Shown one piece after another: positions 50,708 through 60,051 of a stretch of DNA of 64,000 nt. Within the stretch, counting starts at the first letter, position 1. Every line of letters starts with the position of its first letter. The notes beneath the pieces are model-generated. The model was given only the letters and a program-made list of their open reading frames with translations, was not told the DNA's origin and made no database searches. Source of the stretch: Candidatus Gottesmanbacteria bacterium (lineage in GTDB: Bacteria; Patescibacteriota; Microgenomatia; UBA10105; UBA927); assembly GCA_030679255.1 (NCBI GenBank), contig JAUXTO010000042.1:44714-108713 (forward strand), in the 5' to 3' direction. A program made the position numbers and the translations under genes.

Positions 50708-52434
50708 AATCAGACGTGTACACAAAGCACCCGGACCCCAAGAAGCCCGCTAATCTCGATGACTATGATCGGGTCTATCGTTCGTTTGACTGGAAACAGG
50801 CCCGAAAGGAAATAGATTGGTTTGACGGGGTAACGATGAATGCCGCCTATAACGCGATAGACCGGCATACGCAGACCTGGCGGAAAAATAAAATTGCCCT
50901 CTACTGGGAAGACGAAGACGGTTCCACAAAACAATACACATTCGAACAACTTTCTCTGTTGTCCAATAAAATGGGTAACATCCTCAAGGATTTTGGAGTC
51001 ACCCGTGGACAAAGGGTTTTTATTTTCCTTCCCCGTGTACCGGAACTCTATATTAGTTTCTTAGGGATACTCAAGATCGGAGCAATAGCGGGTACGCTTT
51101 TTAGTGCTTTTCAGGAACAGGCCCTTGCAGACCGGCTAGGCAATAGCGATGCGGAAGTGGTGATCACGAACACTGAGCTTAAAAAACGGATTGACAAAGT
51201 CCGGAGTAAACTCCCTGCGCTCAAACATATTATTACTATAGATAGCCCGGACTTTGCTACATCCATGGAACACGCAAGTGATGAACTGCATATTGCCCAC
51301 ATGGATCCGGATGAGTATGCGTTCATGCTCTATACGAGTGGCACGACCGGTAAACCGAAAGGTGTCGTTCACGTCCACAGAGCAATCCTCCAGGAGCATA
51401 TGACCGCTAAGTGGGTTTTGGATCTGCGGGACGACGATACCTATTGGTGCACTGCTGATCCGGGTTGGGTGACGGGCATTGCCTATGAAATACTCGGCAG
51501 CTGGTCATGCGGAGTGACCGCGGTCGTTTTTGCCGGACGGTTTGATCCAAAACGGTGGTATCAACTATTAGATAAATACAAGGTCACGGTTTGGTATACG
51601 GCCCCCACGGCTATCCGCATGCTGATGGCCGCAGGGAGCGCTCTTGTCAAAGAATTCGATCTCTCGGCACTGCGTCATATGTGTTCCGTCGGAGAGCCGC
51701 TTAATCCCGAAGCCATCACCTGGGCGATCAAGACGTTTGATAAGCCGTTCCACGACACGTGGTGGCAGACGGAGACGGGTGCGATCTCTATCGCCAATTT
51801 TCCCTGCCTGGATATCAAAATTGGCTCCATGGGCAAACCCGTTCCGGGTATACACGCGGCAATCGTCGATGATACTGGGCGCGAGTGTAAACCCAACGAA
51901 GAAGGACATATTGCCATCAAGCCCAAATGGCCGTCCATGATGCATACCATTTGGAGAAGACCCCAGAAATACAAAAGTTATTTTGAACACGGGTGGTACA
52001 TCAGTGGCGATCGAGGGATGCGGGACGCAGACGGATACTTCTGGTTTATCGGGAGGGCCGATGATGTCATCAAAACTGCCGGAGAACGTGTGGGCCCGTT
52101 TGAAGTGGAATCCGCGCTTGTGGCTCACCCTGGAGTGGTAGAGGCAGGAGTCATCGGTAAGCCCGATGCCATGCGGGGGGAAATCATTAAAGCGTTTGTG
52201 GTACTTACGGAGAGTCAAAAGTCAAAAGTCAAAAGTCAAAAGTCTGCTGATGCATTTAAGGAGGAGCTTTCGCAGTATGTGAAAAAGCATCTGGCTGGAC
52301 ATTCCTACCCCCGTGAGATAGAATTCATCGATAAGTTGCCCAAAACCCGTTCCGGCAAGATCATGCGCCGTATTTTGAAAGCCAAAGAAATGGGCTTGCC
52401 GATAGGGGATACGAGCACATTAGAGGAGTATTGA
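50704..52434 (+). CDS. acs: AMP-forming acyl/acetyl-CoA synthetase
   Basis: YTSGTTGKPKGV AMP-binding motif; contains coding (GTCAAAA)x4 repeat. Confidence 0.8.
   Translation: MKSDVYTKHPDPKKPANLDDYDRVYRSFDWKQARKEIDWFDGVTMNAAYNAIDRHTQTWRKNKIALYWEDEDGSTKQYTFEQLSLLSNKMGNILKDFGVTRGQRVFIFLPRVPELYISFLGILKIGAIAGTLFSAFQEQALADRLGNSDAEVVITNTELKKRIDKVRSKLPALKHIITIDSPDFATSMEHASDELHIAHMDPDEYAFMLYTSGTTGKPKGVVHVHRAILQEHMTAKWVLDLRDDDTYWCTADPGWVTGIAYEILGSWSCGVTAVVFAGRFDPKRWYQLLDKYKVTVWYTAPTAIRMLMAAGSALVKEFDLSALRHMCSVGEPLNPEAITWAIKTFDKPFHDTWWQTETGAISIANFPCLDIKIGSMGKPVPGIHAAIVDDTGRECKPNEEGHIAIKPKWPSMMHTIWRRPQKYKSYFEHGWYISGDRGMRDADGYFWFIGRADDVIKTAGERVGPFEVESALVAHPGVVEAGVIGKPDAMRGEIIKAFVVLTESQKSKVKSQKSADAFKEELSQYVKKHLAGHSYPREIEFIDKLPKTRSGKIMRRILKAKEMGLPIGDTSTLEEY
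52213..52244. repeat. coding tandem repeat (AGTCAAA)x4 in acs
   Basis: agtcaaaagtcaaaagtcaaaagtcaaaagtct encoding SQKSKVKSQKS. Confidence 0.6.
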
Positions 52435-52449
52435 TTCACGATCAAATAT

Positions 52450-52731
52450 ATGAGCGAATTTATTGCAGTAAATGGATGGTGTGCCCATTTGAAAAATAGG
52501 CACATGGGTCAAACTGAGTATGTGTCTGTGAAGTTCGAAGATGTAGCAGATGATCAAGGAGTTCGTGTCGGATCAGAAGGTGTATGTATGGCTTCTTCTT
52601 TAGAGATGAGAGCATGTGGCCATGCCTGTCGTACCGTTAAAGTCACAGACCGAACTGATCATGCTTTGATAAATTCTGAAGGAGGATATATTGAATTTGA
52701 GCCCTCTCCTGCCGTGGAACCTACTTCGTGA
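52450..52731 (+). CDS. hypothetical protein
   Basis: 93-aa ORF. Confidence 0.2.
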   Translation: MSEFIAVNGWCAHLKNRHMGQTEYVSVKFEDVADDQGVRVGSEGVCMASSLEMRACGHACRTVKVTDRTDHALINSEGGYIEFEPSPAVEPTS

Positions 52732-52784
52732 ATGGATTTTTATGTATTCCTAATCTCCACTCCCGGAGTGAAGTAGCTCTACAC

Positions 52785-53606
52785 TTAAGGAGAAGAAGGA
52801 AGACGCAGGAGAAGGACGAATTCTCCTTGAGGATCGGAAAAATGGGTGAGAGCCTCTGAAAGCGTTCCCCGCCAGAGTTCTTCATGGACCTTCGTAAGCT
52901 CTCGGGCGATCACAATATCAATGTCACCCAGTACTTCCTTCATGTCCCCAAGCGTTTGTAGGAGCTTATGAGGGGCGCAGTAGAAAATATATGTGCAGCC
53001 ATGCAAGGCACTTCTTTTCGTGCCTGCGAGAAAGTAGCTGAGATTCTCAAAAAGTTTCCTACGGTGAGATTCTTTTTCCGGTGGGTAGCCCAAGAATAGA
53101 AAATTGTTGGCAGGCAGTCCGGAGACGGAGAGCGCGGCGATTGCAGCCGAGGGTCCTGGGATACTTACCACCTTGATTCCCCGCTTTATCGCTTCTCGGA
53201 CGAGCGTATACCCCGGATCGGAGATGAGGGGCGTTCCGGCGTCGCTCGCTAGGGCGACGGATTTTCCTTCTGATAATTTTTGAATGAGTAACGGAGTCTG
53301 AGTTAGTTCATGGTTGTCATCGTAGCGGATGAGTTGGGGGTTCAATGTCATTCCGGCCCTAGAGCCGGAATCCATCTTCTGAACACTGGATCCCGGGTCC
53401 CTCCATTTCGGCGGGCAGGCAAGCCCGGGATGACGAATTAAAAATATATAGCGTTCCTTTAACTCATGAAGCAATAGGCCCGTTCTTCGAGTATCTTCAC
53501 AGGCGATGATATCGACGGAGAAGAGAGTTTTGATAGCACGGATCGTGATATCTTCCATGTTCCCAATTGGGGTGGCGACAATATATAATGTACTCATGGA
53601 TTTCAT
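52785..53606 (-). CDS. rsmI: 16S rRNA (cytidine1402-2'-O)-methyltransferase; start trimmed (ORF track extends to 53834)
   Basis: LYIVATPIGNMEDITIRAIKTL...ACEDTRRTG tetrapyrrole-methylase-fold RsmI motifs. Confidence 0.8.
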   Translation of the reverse strand: MKSMSTLYIVATPIGNMEDITIRAIKTLFSVDIIACEDTRRTGLLLHELKERYIFLIRHPGLACPPKWRDPGSSVQKMDSGSRAGMTLNPQLIRYDDNHELTQTPLLIQKLSEGKSVALASDAGTPLISDPGYTLVREAIKRGIKVVSIPGPSAAIAALSVSGLPANNFLFLGYPPEKESHRRKLFENLSYFLAGTKRSALHGCTYIFYCAPHKLLQTLGDMKEVLGDIDIVIARELTKVHEELWRGTLSEALTHFSDPQGEFVLLLRLPSSP

Positions 53607-54267
53607 TTTACATCTGGACCGGTATTTAAGCCAGTTTGTCAGTACGTACGGGATGCTCTCATACGCGGTGTTATTTTTGATCGTGTTTGCCGAGACCGGA
53701 TTTATCGTCACACCGTTTCTCCCCGGCGACTCACTCCTGTTTGCGGCAGGTGCCATAGCCGCACTCGGCGCACTGAACGTTTGGATAGTTGCCGTGATTC
53801 TTATCATTGCCGCGATTTTGGGTGACACCGTCAACTACTGGATCGGACACTACTTCGGGCAAAAAATTGTGAACCACCCACGTATTCCTTTTATCAACCA
53901 AGAACATATTGATAAAACGGAACAATTTTACAAAAAGCACGGAGGAAAAACGATCATCCTGGCGCGGTTTGTGCCAATTGTCCGCACCTTTGCGCCGTTT
54001 GTCGCAGGAATCGGGACCATGGAGTACCGGAAATTTTTACAGTATAACGTCATCGGAGGGGTGATCTGGGTAGGAATTTTTACGTTTGCAGGATATTTTT
54101 TCGGCAATATGGCTTTTATCAAAGAAAACTTCCACTATGCTATTGTGGCGATCGTCGTATTGTCTGTTCTCCCCATGATTTATGAGTACATCCAGCATAA
54201 ACGTCATCCGGATGTGCCTGGGGTATCGACCAAGAAGCTTCGCGGGATGGTCAATGACAAGAAGTAA
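53596..54267 (+). CDS. DedA/SNARE-associated family membrane protein
   Basis: VTPFLPGDSLLFAAG DedA motif; start trimmed to MDFILHL. Confidence 0.75.
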   Translation: MDFILHLDRYLSQFVSTYGMLSYAVLFLIVFAETGFIVTPFLPGDSLLFAAGAIAALGALNVWIVAVILIIAAILGDTVNYWIGHYFGQKIVNHPRIPFINQEHIDKTEQFYKKHGGKTIILARFVPIVRTFAPFVAGIGTMEYRKFLQYNVIGGVIWVGIFTFAGYFFGNMAFIKENFHYAIVAIVVLSVLPMIYEYIQHKRHPDVPGVSTKKLRGMVNDKK

Positions 54268-54278
54268 TGGCGTTCCTA

Positions 54279-54914
54279 TCAGTTAATCGAAAATTTGCGG
54301 ATAAGTCCCACACAGCGTCCCTGGATCTTGACGTGGGTCGCAAATATCGGAGACATCTGAGCATTAGCCGGCATGAGCTTAATCCGATCTTTTTCAAAAA
54401 ATATCCGTTTCAGGGTCGCGAGCCCATTTGGGAGTAAAGCGACGACAATATCTCCATTCTTAGCATCCTGCTGGTGCTGGATGACGACGAAATCGCCGTC
54501 CAGAATACCGTCTTCAATCATCGAGTTACCTTTCACTTGTAATATGTAGTGGGGTTTGCCTGCCGATACCATGGCAGGGGCAACCGATACATAATAATTA
54601 GGGTCTGTATAGGGCTCCAGGGGACTACCGGCGGCGATAAAGCCCAAGACGGGCAGTTCGATAGCTCCTTCGTTCCCTCCGGCTTGCGACCGGTAGGTGT
54701 CTTTGACGACTTCCAGTCCCCGTGCCGTACCGTCAAGCTTTTTGATAAATCCTTTTATCCTCAGACGGTCGATATGCTCGTGGACCGTCGCCGGTGAGCG
54801 TATCCCCATGGAATCGCCGATTTCTTTGAGGGTCGGCGCGTACCCATAGCGTTGGATGAACTGCGTGATAAAATCAAGAAGCTGGCGTTCACGGACATAG
54901 AGTATAGCTGGCAT
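54279..54914 (-). CDS. lexA: LexA repressor
   Basis: N-terminal winged-helix, S24 peptidase (VKGNSM...K) domain; start trimmed to MPAILYV. Confidence 0.8.
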   Translation of the reverse strand: MPAILYVRERQLLDFITQFIQRYGYAPTLKEIGDSMGIRSPATVHEHIDRLRIKGFIKKLDGTARGLEVVKDTYRSQAGGNEGAIELPVLGFIAAGSPLEPYTDPNYYVSVAPAMVSAGKPHYILQVKGNSMIEDGILDGDFVVIQHQQDAKNGDIVVALLPNGLATLKRIFFEKDRIKLMPANAQMSPIFATHVKIQGRCVGLIRKFSIN

Positions 54915-54979
54915 ATCTGTTATACTTTTACATAATATACCCGAACTGTCAAGGGCATTTATATGACACAAACTCTATC

Positions 54980-57004
54980 ATGTTTCAACTAAAAACCGAG
55001 TATAGTCCAAGTGGTGATCAACCGCAGGCAATCGAAAGCCTTGTTTCCAATATCAAATCCGGAGCACGCGAGCAAGTACTTCTTGGGGTAACGGGAAGCG
55101 GAAAGACCTACACCATGGCCAGTGTCATAGAGCGGCTGCAGCGTCCGACGCTTATCATCTCGCACAATAAAACGTTGGCCGCCCAACTTTATCAGGAGTT
55201 TCGGGATTATTTTCCTCACAATATCGTCTCGTACTTCGTCTCGTACTACGATTATTACCAGCCGGAGGCATATATTCCTCAGACAGATACGTATATAGAG
55301 AAAGAAACGCAGATTAATGAAGAAATAGACAAGCTGCGCCTGGCTGCAACCGCCAATCTTCTCACCAGGCCGGATACGATCGTCATTGCTTCGGTTTCCT
55401 GTATTTACAATATTGGGAGTCCGAAAGAATACGGACATTTCGTATTGGAGCTTAAACCAGGGGTTCGCATTACCCGGCAAAGCATCATGGAGCGTCTCGT
55501 TGCTCTCCAGTATGAGCGTAATAATTATGGGTTTGTCCGGGGAACTTTCCGCGTCCGTGGGGATACGATCGATCTTTTTCCGGCCTATGAGGATTTAGGA
55601 TTACGAATGGTTGTCCAATTAGACAAAGTAGTCCAATTAGTCAAATTTGACTCGCTGACGGGTAAAACCGTAGAAGTACTACCCGCAGTGATGATCCACC
55701 CGGCCAAGCACTATATGACGGATCCCCGGACATACAAGGATGTATTTCCTAGGATCCGTGAAGATTTAAACCGACAAGTTGCTGCATTTAAAGCGCAAGG
55801 CAAACTATTGGAAGCCCAACGGCTTAAAGAGCGGGTAACGTATGACCTCGAGATGATCCAGGAATTAGGCTACGTCAATGGCATAGAAAACTATTCCCGG
55901 TATTTTGACGGAAGAAATCCTGGAGACCCGCCGTATACCCTACTCGACTATTTTGACGAGGCTGCAACTCAAAGCCAGGCTTTAAGGGCCCCAAAGCCTG
56001 GCTTTGATTCATCAAAAGAGTGGCTTTTGTTTCTCGACGAGTCACATATGACGGTACCTCAGATACGCGGGATGTATAACGGCGACCGCTCACGCAAGCA
56101 AACGCTCATTGATTTTGGGTTTCGTTTACCATCGGCCATAGATAATCGTCCTTTGCGATTTGAAGAATTTCAAAGGAGGATGCCACAAACCGTGTATGTT
56201 TCCGCAACCCCGGATGAGTGGGAGATTGCACGCGCTTCGAACGTAGTCGAACAGCTCGTCCGCCCGACGGGGCTTGTGGATCCACAGGTCACGGTGAAAC
56301 CTTCGAAGGGACAAATCGATGATTTACTTATCGAAATTAAAATACGGGTAGAGCGTCACGAACGCGTACTCGTGACGACACTTACCAAGCGTATGGCGGA
56401 AGATCTTTCTGCGTTTTTAGAAAAAGAAGGGATAAAGGTGCATTACCTCCATTCCGATGTGCAAACACTTGAGCGGAGTGACATATTAGATGACCTGCGG
56501 CGCGGAACCTACGATGTGATCGTCGGCATCAATCTCCTTCGCGAAGGCTTGGATCTACCGGAGGTTTCTTTGGTCGCGATTTTAGACGCAGATAAAGAGG
56601 GGTTTCTCCGAAGCCGCACGAGTCTTATTCAAACTATGGGCCGGGCATCGCGGCATCTCTCAGGATCAGTCATCATGTATGCGGATCGCGTCACGGATTC
56701 TATGAAAGCGGCAATGGGTGAAGTGGAACGCAGGAGAACCGTACAACTTGCGTACAATAAAGCCGGCAACATTACCCCCATAAGTATCACCAAACCCATC
56801 CGTGACCGGCTCGTCGAAAAAGCAAAAGAGGTGGAAGTGAAACCGCTTATCGCCCAAGCCGCACAAGCGGAACTTGACCGAATGACCCCGCAGGATAAAA
56901 AGAAGTTGATCGTGGAGATGACCAAAGCCATGCGGCGGGCCAGCCGCGACCTCGACTTTGAATCCGCCGCCCGCCTTCGGGATACGATCACGCAGATATC
57001 GTAA
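54980..57004 (+). CDS. uvrB: excinuclease ABC subunit B
   Basis: GVTGSGKT, helicase motifs, C-terminal UVR domain. Confidence 0.95.
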   Translation: MFQLKTEYSPSGDQPQAIESLVSNIKSGAREQVLLGVTGSGKTYTMASVIERLQRPTLIISHNKTLAAQLYQEFRDYFPHNIVSYFVSYYDYYQPEAYIPQTDTYIEKETQINEEIDKLRLAATANLLTRPDTIVIASVSCIYNIGSPKEYGHFVLELKPGVRITRQSIMERLVALQYERNNYGFVRGTFRVRGDTIDLFPAYEDLGLRMVVQLDKVVQLVKFDSLTGKTVEVLPAVMIHPAKHYMTDPRTYKDVFPRIREDLNRQVAAFKAQGKLLEAQRLKERVTYDLEMIQELGYVNGIENYSRYFDGRNPGDPPYTLLDYFDEAATQSQALRAPKPGFDSSKEWLLFLDESHMTVPQIRGMYNGDRSRKQTLIDFGFRLPSAIDNRPLRFEEFQRRMPQTVYVSATPDEWEIARASNVVEQLVRPTGLVDPQVTVKPSKGQIDDLLIEIKIRVERHERVLVTTLTKRMAEDLSAFLEKEGIKVHYLHSDVQTLERSDILDDLRRGTYDVIVGINLLREGLDLPEVSLVAILDADKEGFLRSRTSLIQTMGRASRHLSGSVIMYADRVTDSMKAAMGEVERRRTVQLAYNKAGNITPISITKPIRDRLVEKAKEVEVKPLIAQAAQAELDRMTPQDKKKLIVEMTKAMRRASRDLDFESAARLRDTITQIS

Positions 57005-57051
57005 CTCAGGTATAATACCTATGCCCCGGCACCATCCGAGGAGTTAATACT

Positions 57052-60024
57052 ATGGATACATTGATTATTAAAGGAGCCAGACAACATAATCTCAAAAACA
57101 TCAATCTTGAGCTACCGAAAAATAAACTTATCGTTTTTACGGGATTATCGGGATCAGGCAAAAGTTCTCTTGCGTTTGACACAATTTATGCCGAGGGCCA
57201 ACGGCGGTACGTTGAGTCTCTGTCCTCCTATGCCCGGCAATTCTTAGGTATCATGGATAAACCGGATGTGGATAGTATCGTAGGGCTTTCTCCGGCTATA
57301 TCCATCGATCAGAAATCTACCTCCCATAACCCGCGATCGACGGTCGGCACCGTCACGGAAATCTACGATTATCTGCGCCTCCTTTATGCCCGTATCGGTC
57401 ACCCACACTGTCCTACGTGCGGCAGGGAAGTCACGAAATTAGACAAAACGCAGATTGTTTCGATGATTTTGGATGCAGCAGGAACTGCTTTGGCCCGCGA
57501 AGGCAAAAAAATATTTAAATGTGCAATATTGGCGCCCATAGTCCGGGACCGGAAAGGCGAGTTTACCGGATTACTCGATAACGTCAGGACAAAAGGATAC
57601 CGCAGTATCCGGGTTGATGGTCATTTTTTTGGGATTGATGAGGACATTAGTCTCATCAAAACGAACAAGCATACGATTGATGTGGTGATTGATAAATTGG
57701 TGCTTGATCGAGACACGATTGAATTTCTGAAAAGGTCTCACCTTATCAAAAAACAAGGTGAGACCTTAAAACAACTCCCGGACGTGGCTATGAGATCGCG
57801 TATCGCTGACGCGGTCGAACAAGCGCTCACACTTTCAGAAGGGTATGTGGTTCTCGCGCATATCCAAGATAAAGGGTTTGATCTACCCGATAAACCGAGG
57901 GAAACGATCGATACGCTCTTCAGTGAAGCCCTGAGTTGTCCCAATTGCGGTATATCACTGGCCGAGATCGAGCCACGGTCGTTTTCGTTTAACTCTCCGC
58001 ATGGGGCGTGTCCTACATGCACGGGACTTGGAAAAATAATGACCGTTGACCCTGATCGCGTCATAAGTCCCATTCTGTCGATTTCCGAAGGGGGAATCTT
58101 GCCCTTTGCCAAGATGTTTTTTCACGATACATGGTTTTCGCGGATTGTGTCGACGGTGACTCAAGAACATAAGATTGATATGCGTGCCCCTCTTTCGCGG
58201 TTAACCCTAGCGCAACGAGATGTGCTTCTTTATGGCACCGGAGACCGGATGTATCACGTGCACGGTAAAAACCGGTTCGGGGATGATACGTCTATATCAG
58301 AAGCATTCCCCGGGTTTGTCAACGAACTCAAACGGCGCTTTGTAGAGTCACAATCAGACTTTGTCCGCGAAGAAATACAAAAGTATATGCGTGAGGAAAT
58401 CTGTACTTCCTGCGACGGCGCGAGACTCAAAAAAGAAACACTTACCGTGACGGTTAATAATCAATCTATTGCCCAGGTGACGGCGCTATCGATCGAGTTA
58501 TGTTTTATTTGGATTACGGAGTTGGGAAAAACGATGACGTCCAATTCCGATAAGACTATTGCCATCCCGATTATCAAAGAAATAGCCGCTCGGTTACAAT
58601 TTCTGCTTGCCGTGGGTCTCGAGTACTTGACACTCTCGCGGACAGCGACCACCCTTTCCGGAGGAGAGGCGCAGCGCATCCGTTTGGCGTCCCAAATCGG
58701 ATCCGGACTTTCCGGGGTGCTCTATGTCCTGGACGAGCCATCAATTGGGCTCCACCAACGGGATAACGATAAACTCATCGGGACCCTCAAGAAACTTCGT
58801 GATTTAGGCAATACCGTCATCGTCGTCGAGCATGATCGGGAAACTATGGAGGAAAGTGATTGGCTGGTGGATTTCGGCCCCGGCGCGGGGGAACATGGTG
58901 GATCGATTGTCGCCGAAGGCACGATTGGTGAAATAAAACGCAATACCCATTCGCTCACCGGCCAATACCTTACGGGAAAACGGGTTATTCAACGCGAACA
59001 TTTGCGGCTCGTTCCCTCTGTGAGAAGTGGGGAATTGACGATCATTGGTGCTCGACAAAATAATCTGAAGAATCTGGAGGTTACTGTTCCCTTAGGAAAA
59101 TTAGTCTGTGTTACCGGAGTATCCGGGAGCGGAAAATCAAGTCTCATCGTCGAAACACTCTATCCTGCGCTCACGAATCATTTTAACCCGATGAGTCGAT
59201 TAGACGTAGGATCCTACGATAAACTTATCGGATTAGAACTCGTGGATCGCGCGATCCTCATCGATCAATCGCCGATTGGAAGGACTCCGAGAAGTAATCC
59301 AGCGACGTATACCGGTGCTTTTACGTATATCCGGGATCTCTATGCCCAGCTTTCCGAATCAAAACTCCGGGGGTATCAACCCGGCCGTTTTTCTTTTAAC
59401 GTAAAAGGCGGACGCTGCGAAGCGTGCGAAGGCGAAGGGCAGAAAAAAATCGAAATGCAATTTCTCTCAGACGTCTATGTGACGTGCGAAGTATGTCATG
59501 CCACGAGGTATAACCCGGAAACATTGGAAGTTACCTTTCATGGGAAATCTATTGCGGAAGTGCTCGCGATGACCGTCGCCCAAGGGAGAGAGCTTTTTGT
59601 GCATCATCCGGTGTTAGTCAGTAAATTTCAAACGATTATTGATGTAGGACTGTCGTATATCAAGCTTGGTCAACCAGCCCCGACCCTTTCCGGCGGAGAA
59701 GCGCAGCGGGTAAAATTGGCCACAGAACTTTCCAAACGGGCAACCGGGAAAACGATGTATATCCTGGATGAGCCCACGACCGGACTTCATTTTGATGATC
59801 TTCAGAAACTTTTGACTGTCCTTCACCGGCTCACACAAACCGGCAATACCGTCATCGTTATTGAACATAATTTGGATATTATTAAAAATGCGGATTGGAT
59901 CATTGATTTGGGCCCCGAAGGAGGAGACGCGGGAGGGAACATTATTGCCCAGGGTAGGCCCAGGGATATAGCAATGAGTACACAATCCTATACAGGACAA
60001 TTCCTGAGAAAAATAATAGAATAA
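57052..60024 (+). CDS. uvrA: excinuclease ABC subunit A
   Basis: two ABC ATPase modules GLSGSGKSSLA / GVSGSGKSSL, zinc fingers. Confidence 0.95.
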   Translation: MDTLIIKGARQHNLKNINLELPKNKLIVFTGLSGSGKSSLAFDTIYAEGQRRYVESLSSYARQFLGIMDKPDVDSIVGLSPAISIDQKSTSHNPRSTVGTVTEIYDYLRLLYARIGHPHCPTCGREVTKLDKTQIVSMILDAAGTALAREGKKIFKCAILAPIVRDRKGEFTGLLDNVRTKGYRSIRVDGHFFGIDEDISLIKTNKHTIDVVIDKLVLDRDTIEFLKRSHLIKKQGETLKQLPDVAMRSRIADAVEQALTLSEGYVVLAHIQDKGFDLPDKPRETIDTLFSEALSCPNCGISLAEIEPRSFSFNSPHGACPTCTGLGKIMTVDPDRVISPILSISEGGILPFAKMFFHDTWFSRIVSTVTQEHKIDMRAPLSRLTLAQRDVLLYGTGDRMYHVHGKNRFGDDTSISEAFPGFVNELKRRFVESQSDFVREEIQKYMREEICTSCDGARLKKETLTVTVNNQSIAQVTALSIELCFIWITELGKTMTSNSDKTIAIPIIKEIAARLQFLLAVGLEYLTLSRTATTLSGGEAQRIRLASQIGSGLSGVLYVLDEPSIGLHQRDNDKLIGTLKKLRDLGNTVIVVEHDRETMEESDWLVDFGPGAGEHGGSIVAEGTIGEIKRNTHSLTGQYLTGKRVIQREHLRLVPSVRSGELTIIGARQNNLKNLEVTVPLGKLVCVTGVSGSGKSSLIVETLYPALTNHFNPMSRLDVGSYDKLIGLELVDRAILIDQSPIGRTPRSNPATYTGAFTYIRDLYAQLSESKLRGYQPGRFSFNVKGGRCEACEGEGQKKIEMQFLSDVYVTCEVCHATRYNPETLEVTFHGKSIAEVLAMTVAQGRELFVHHPVLVSKFQTIIDVGLSYIKLGQPAPTLSGGEAQRVKLATELSKRATGKTMYILDEPTTGLHFDDLQKLLTVLHRLTQTGNTVIVIEHNLDIIKNADWIIDLGPEGGDAGGNIIAQGRPRDIAMSTQSYTGQFLRKIIE

Positions 60025-60051
60025 GTAAATAAAAGAATAAGGAATAAGCGA

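Noticed and set aside
45125-52244. CRISPR array interpretation of the tandem repeats
   Set aside because: Units are 7-9 nt and directly tandem with no 25-40-bp repeat/spacer architecture. They are STRs, mostly inside coding sequence.
54915-54979. Gram-positive-type LexA box (CGAACnnnnGTTCG) upstream of lexA/uvrB
   Set aside because: Only a partial ccGAACtgtc is present with no palindromic partner. Not reported as a feature.
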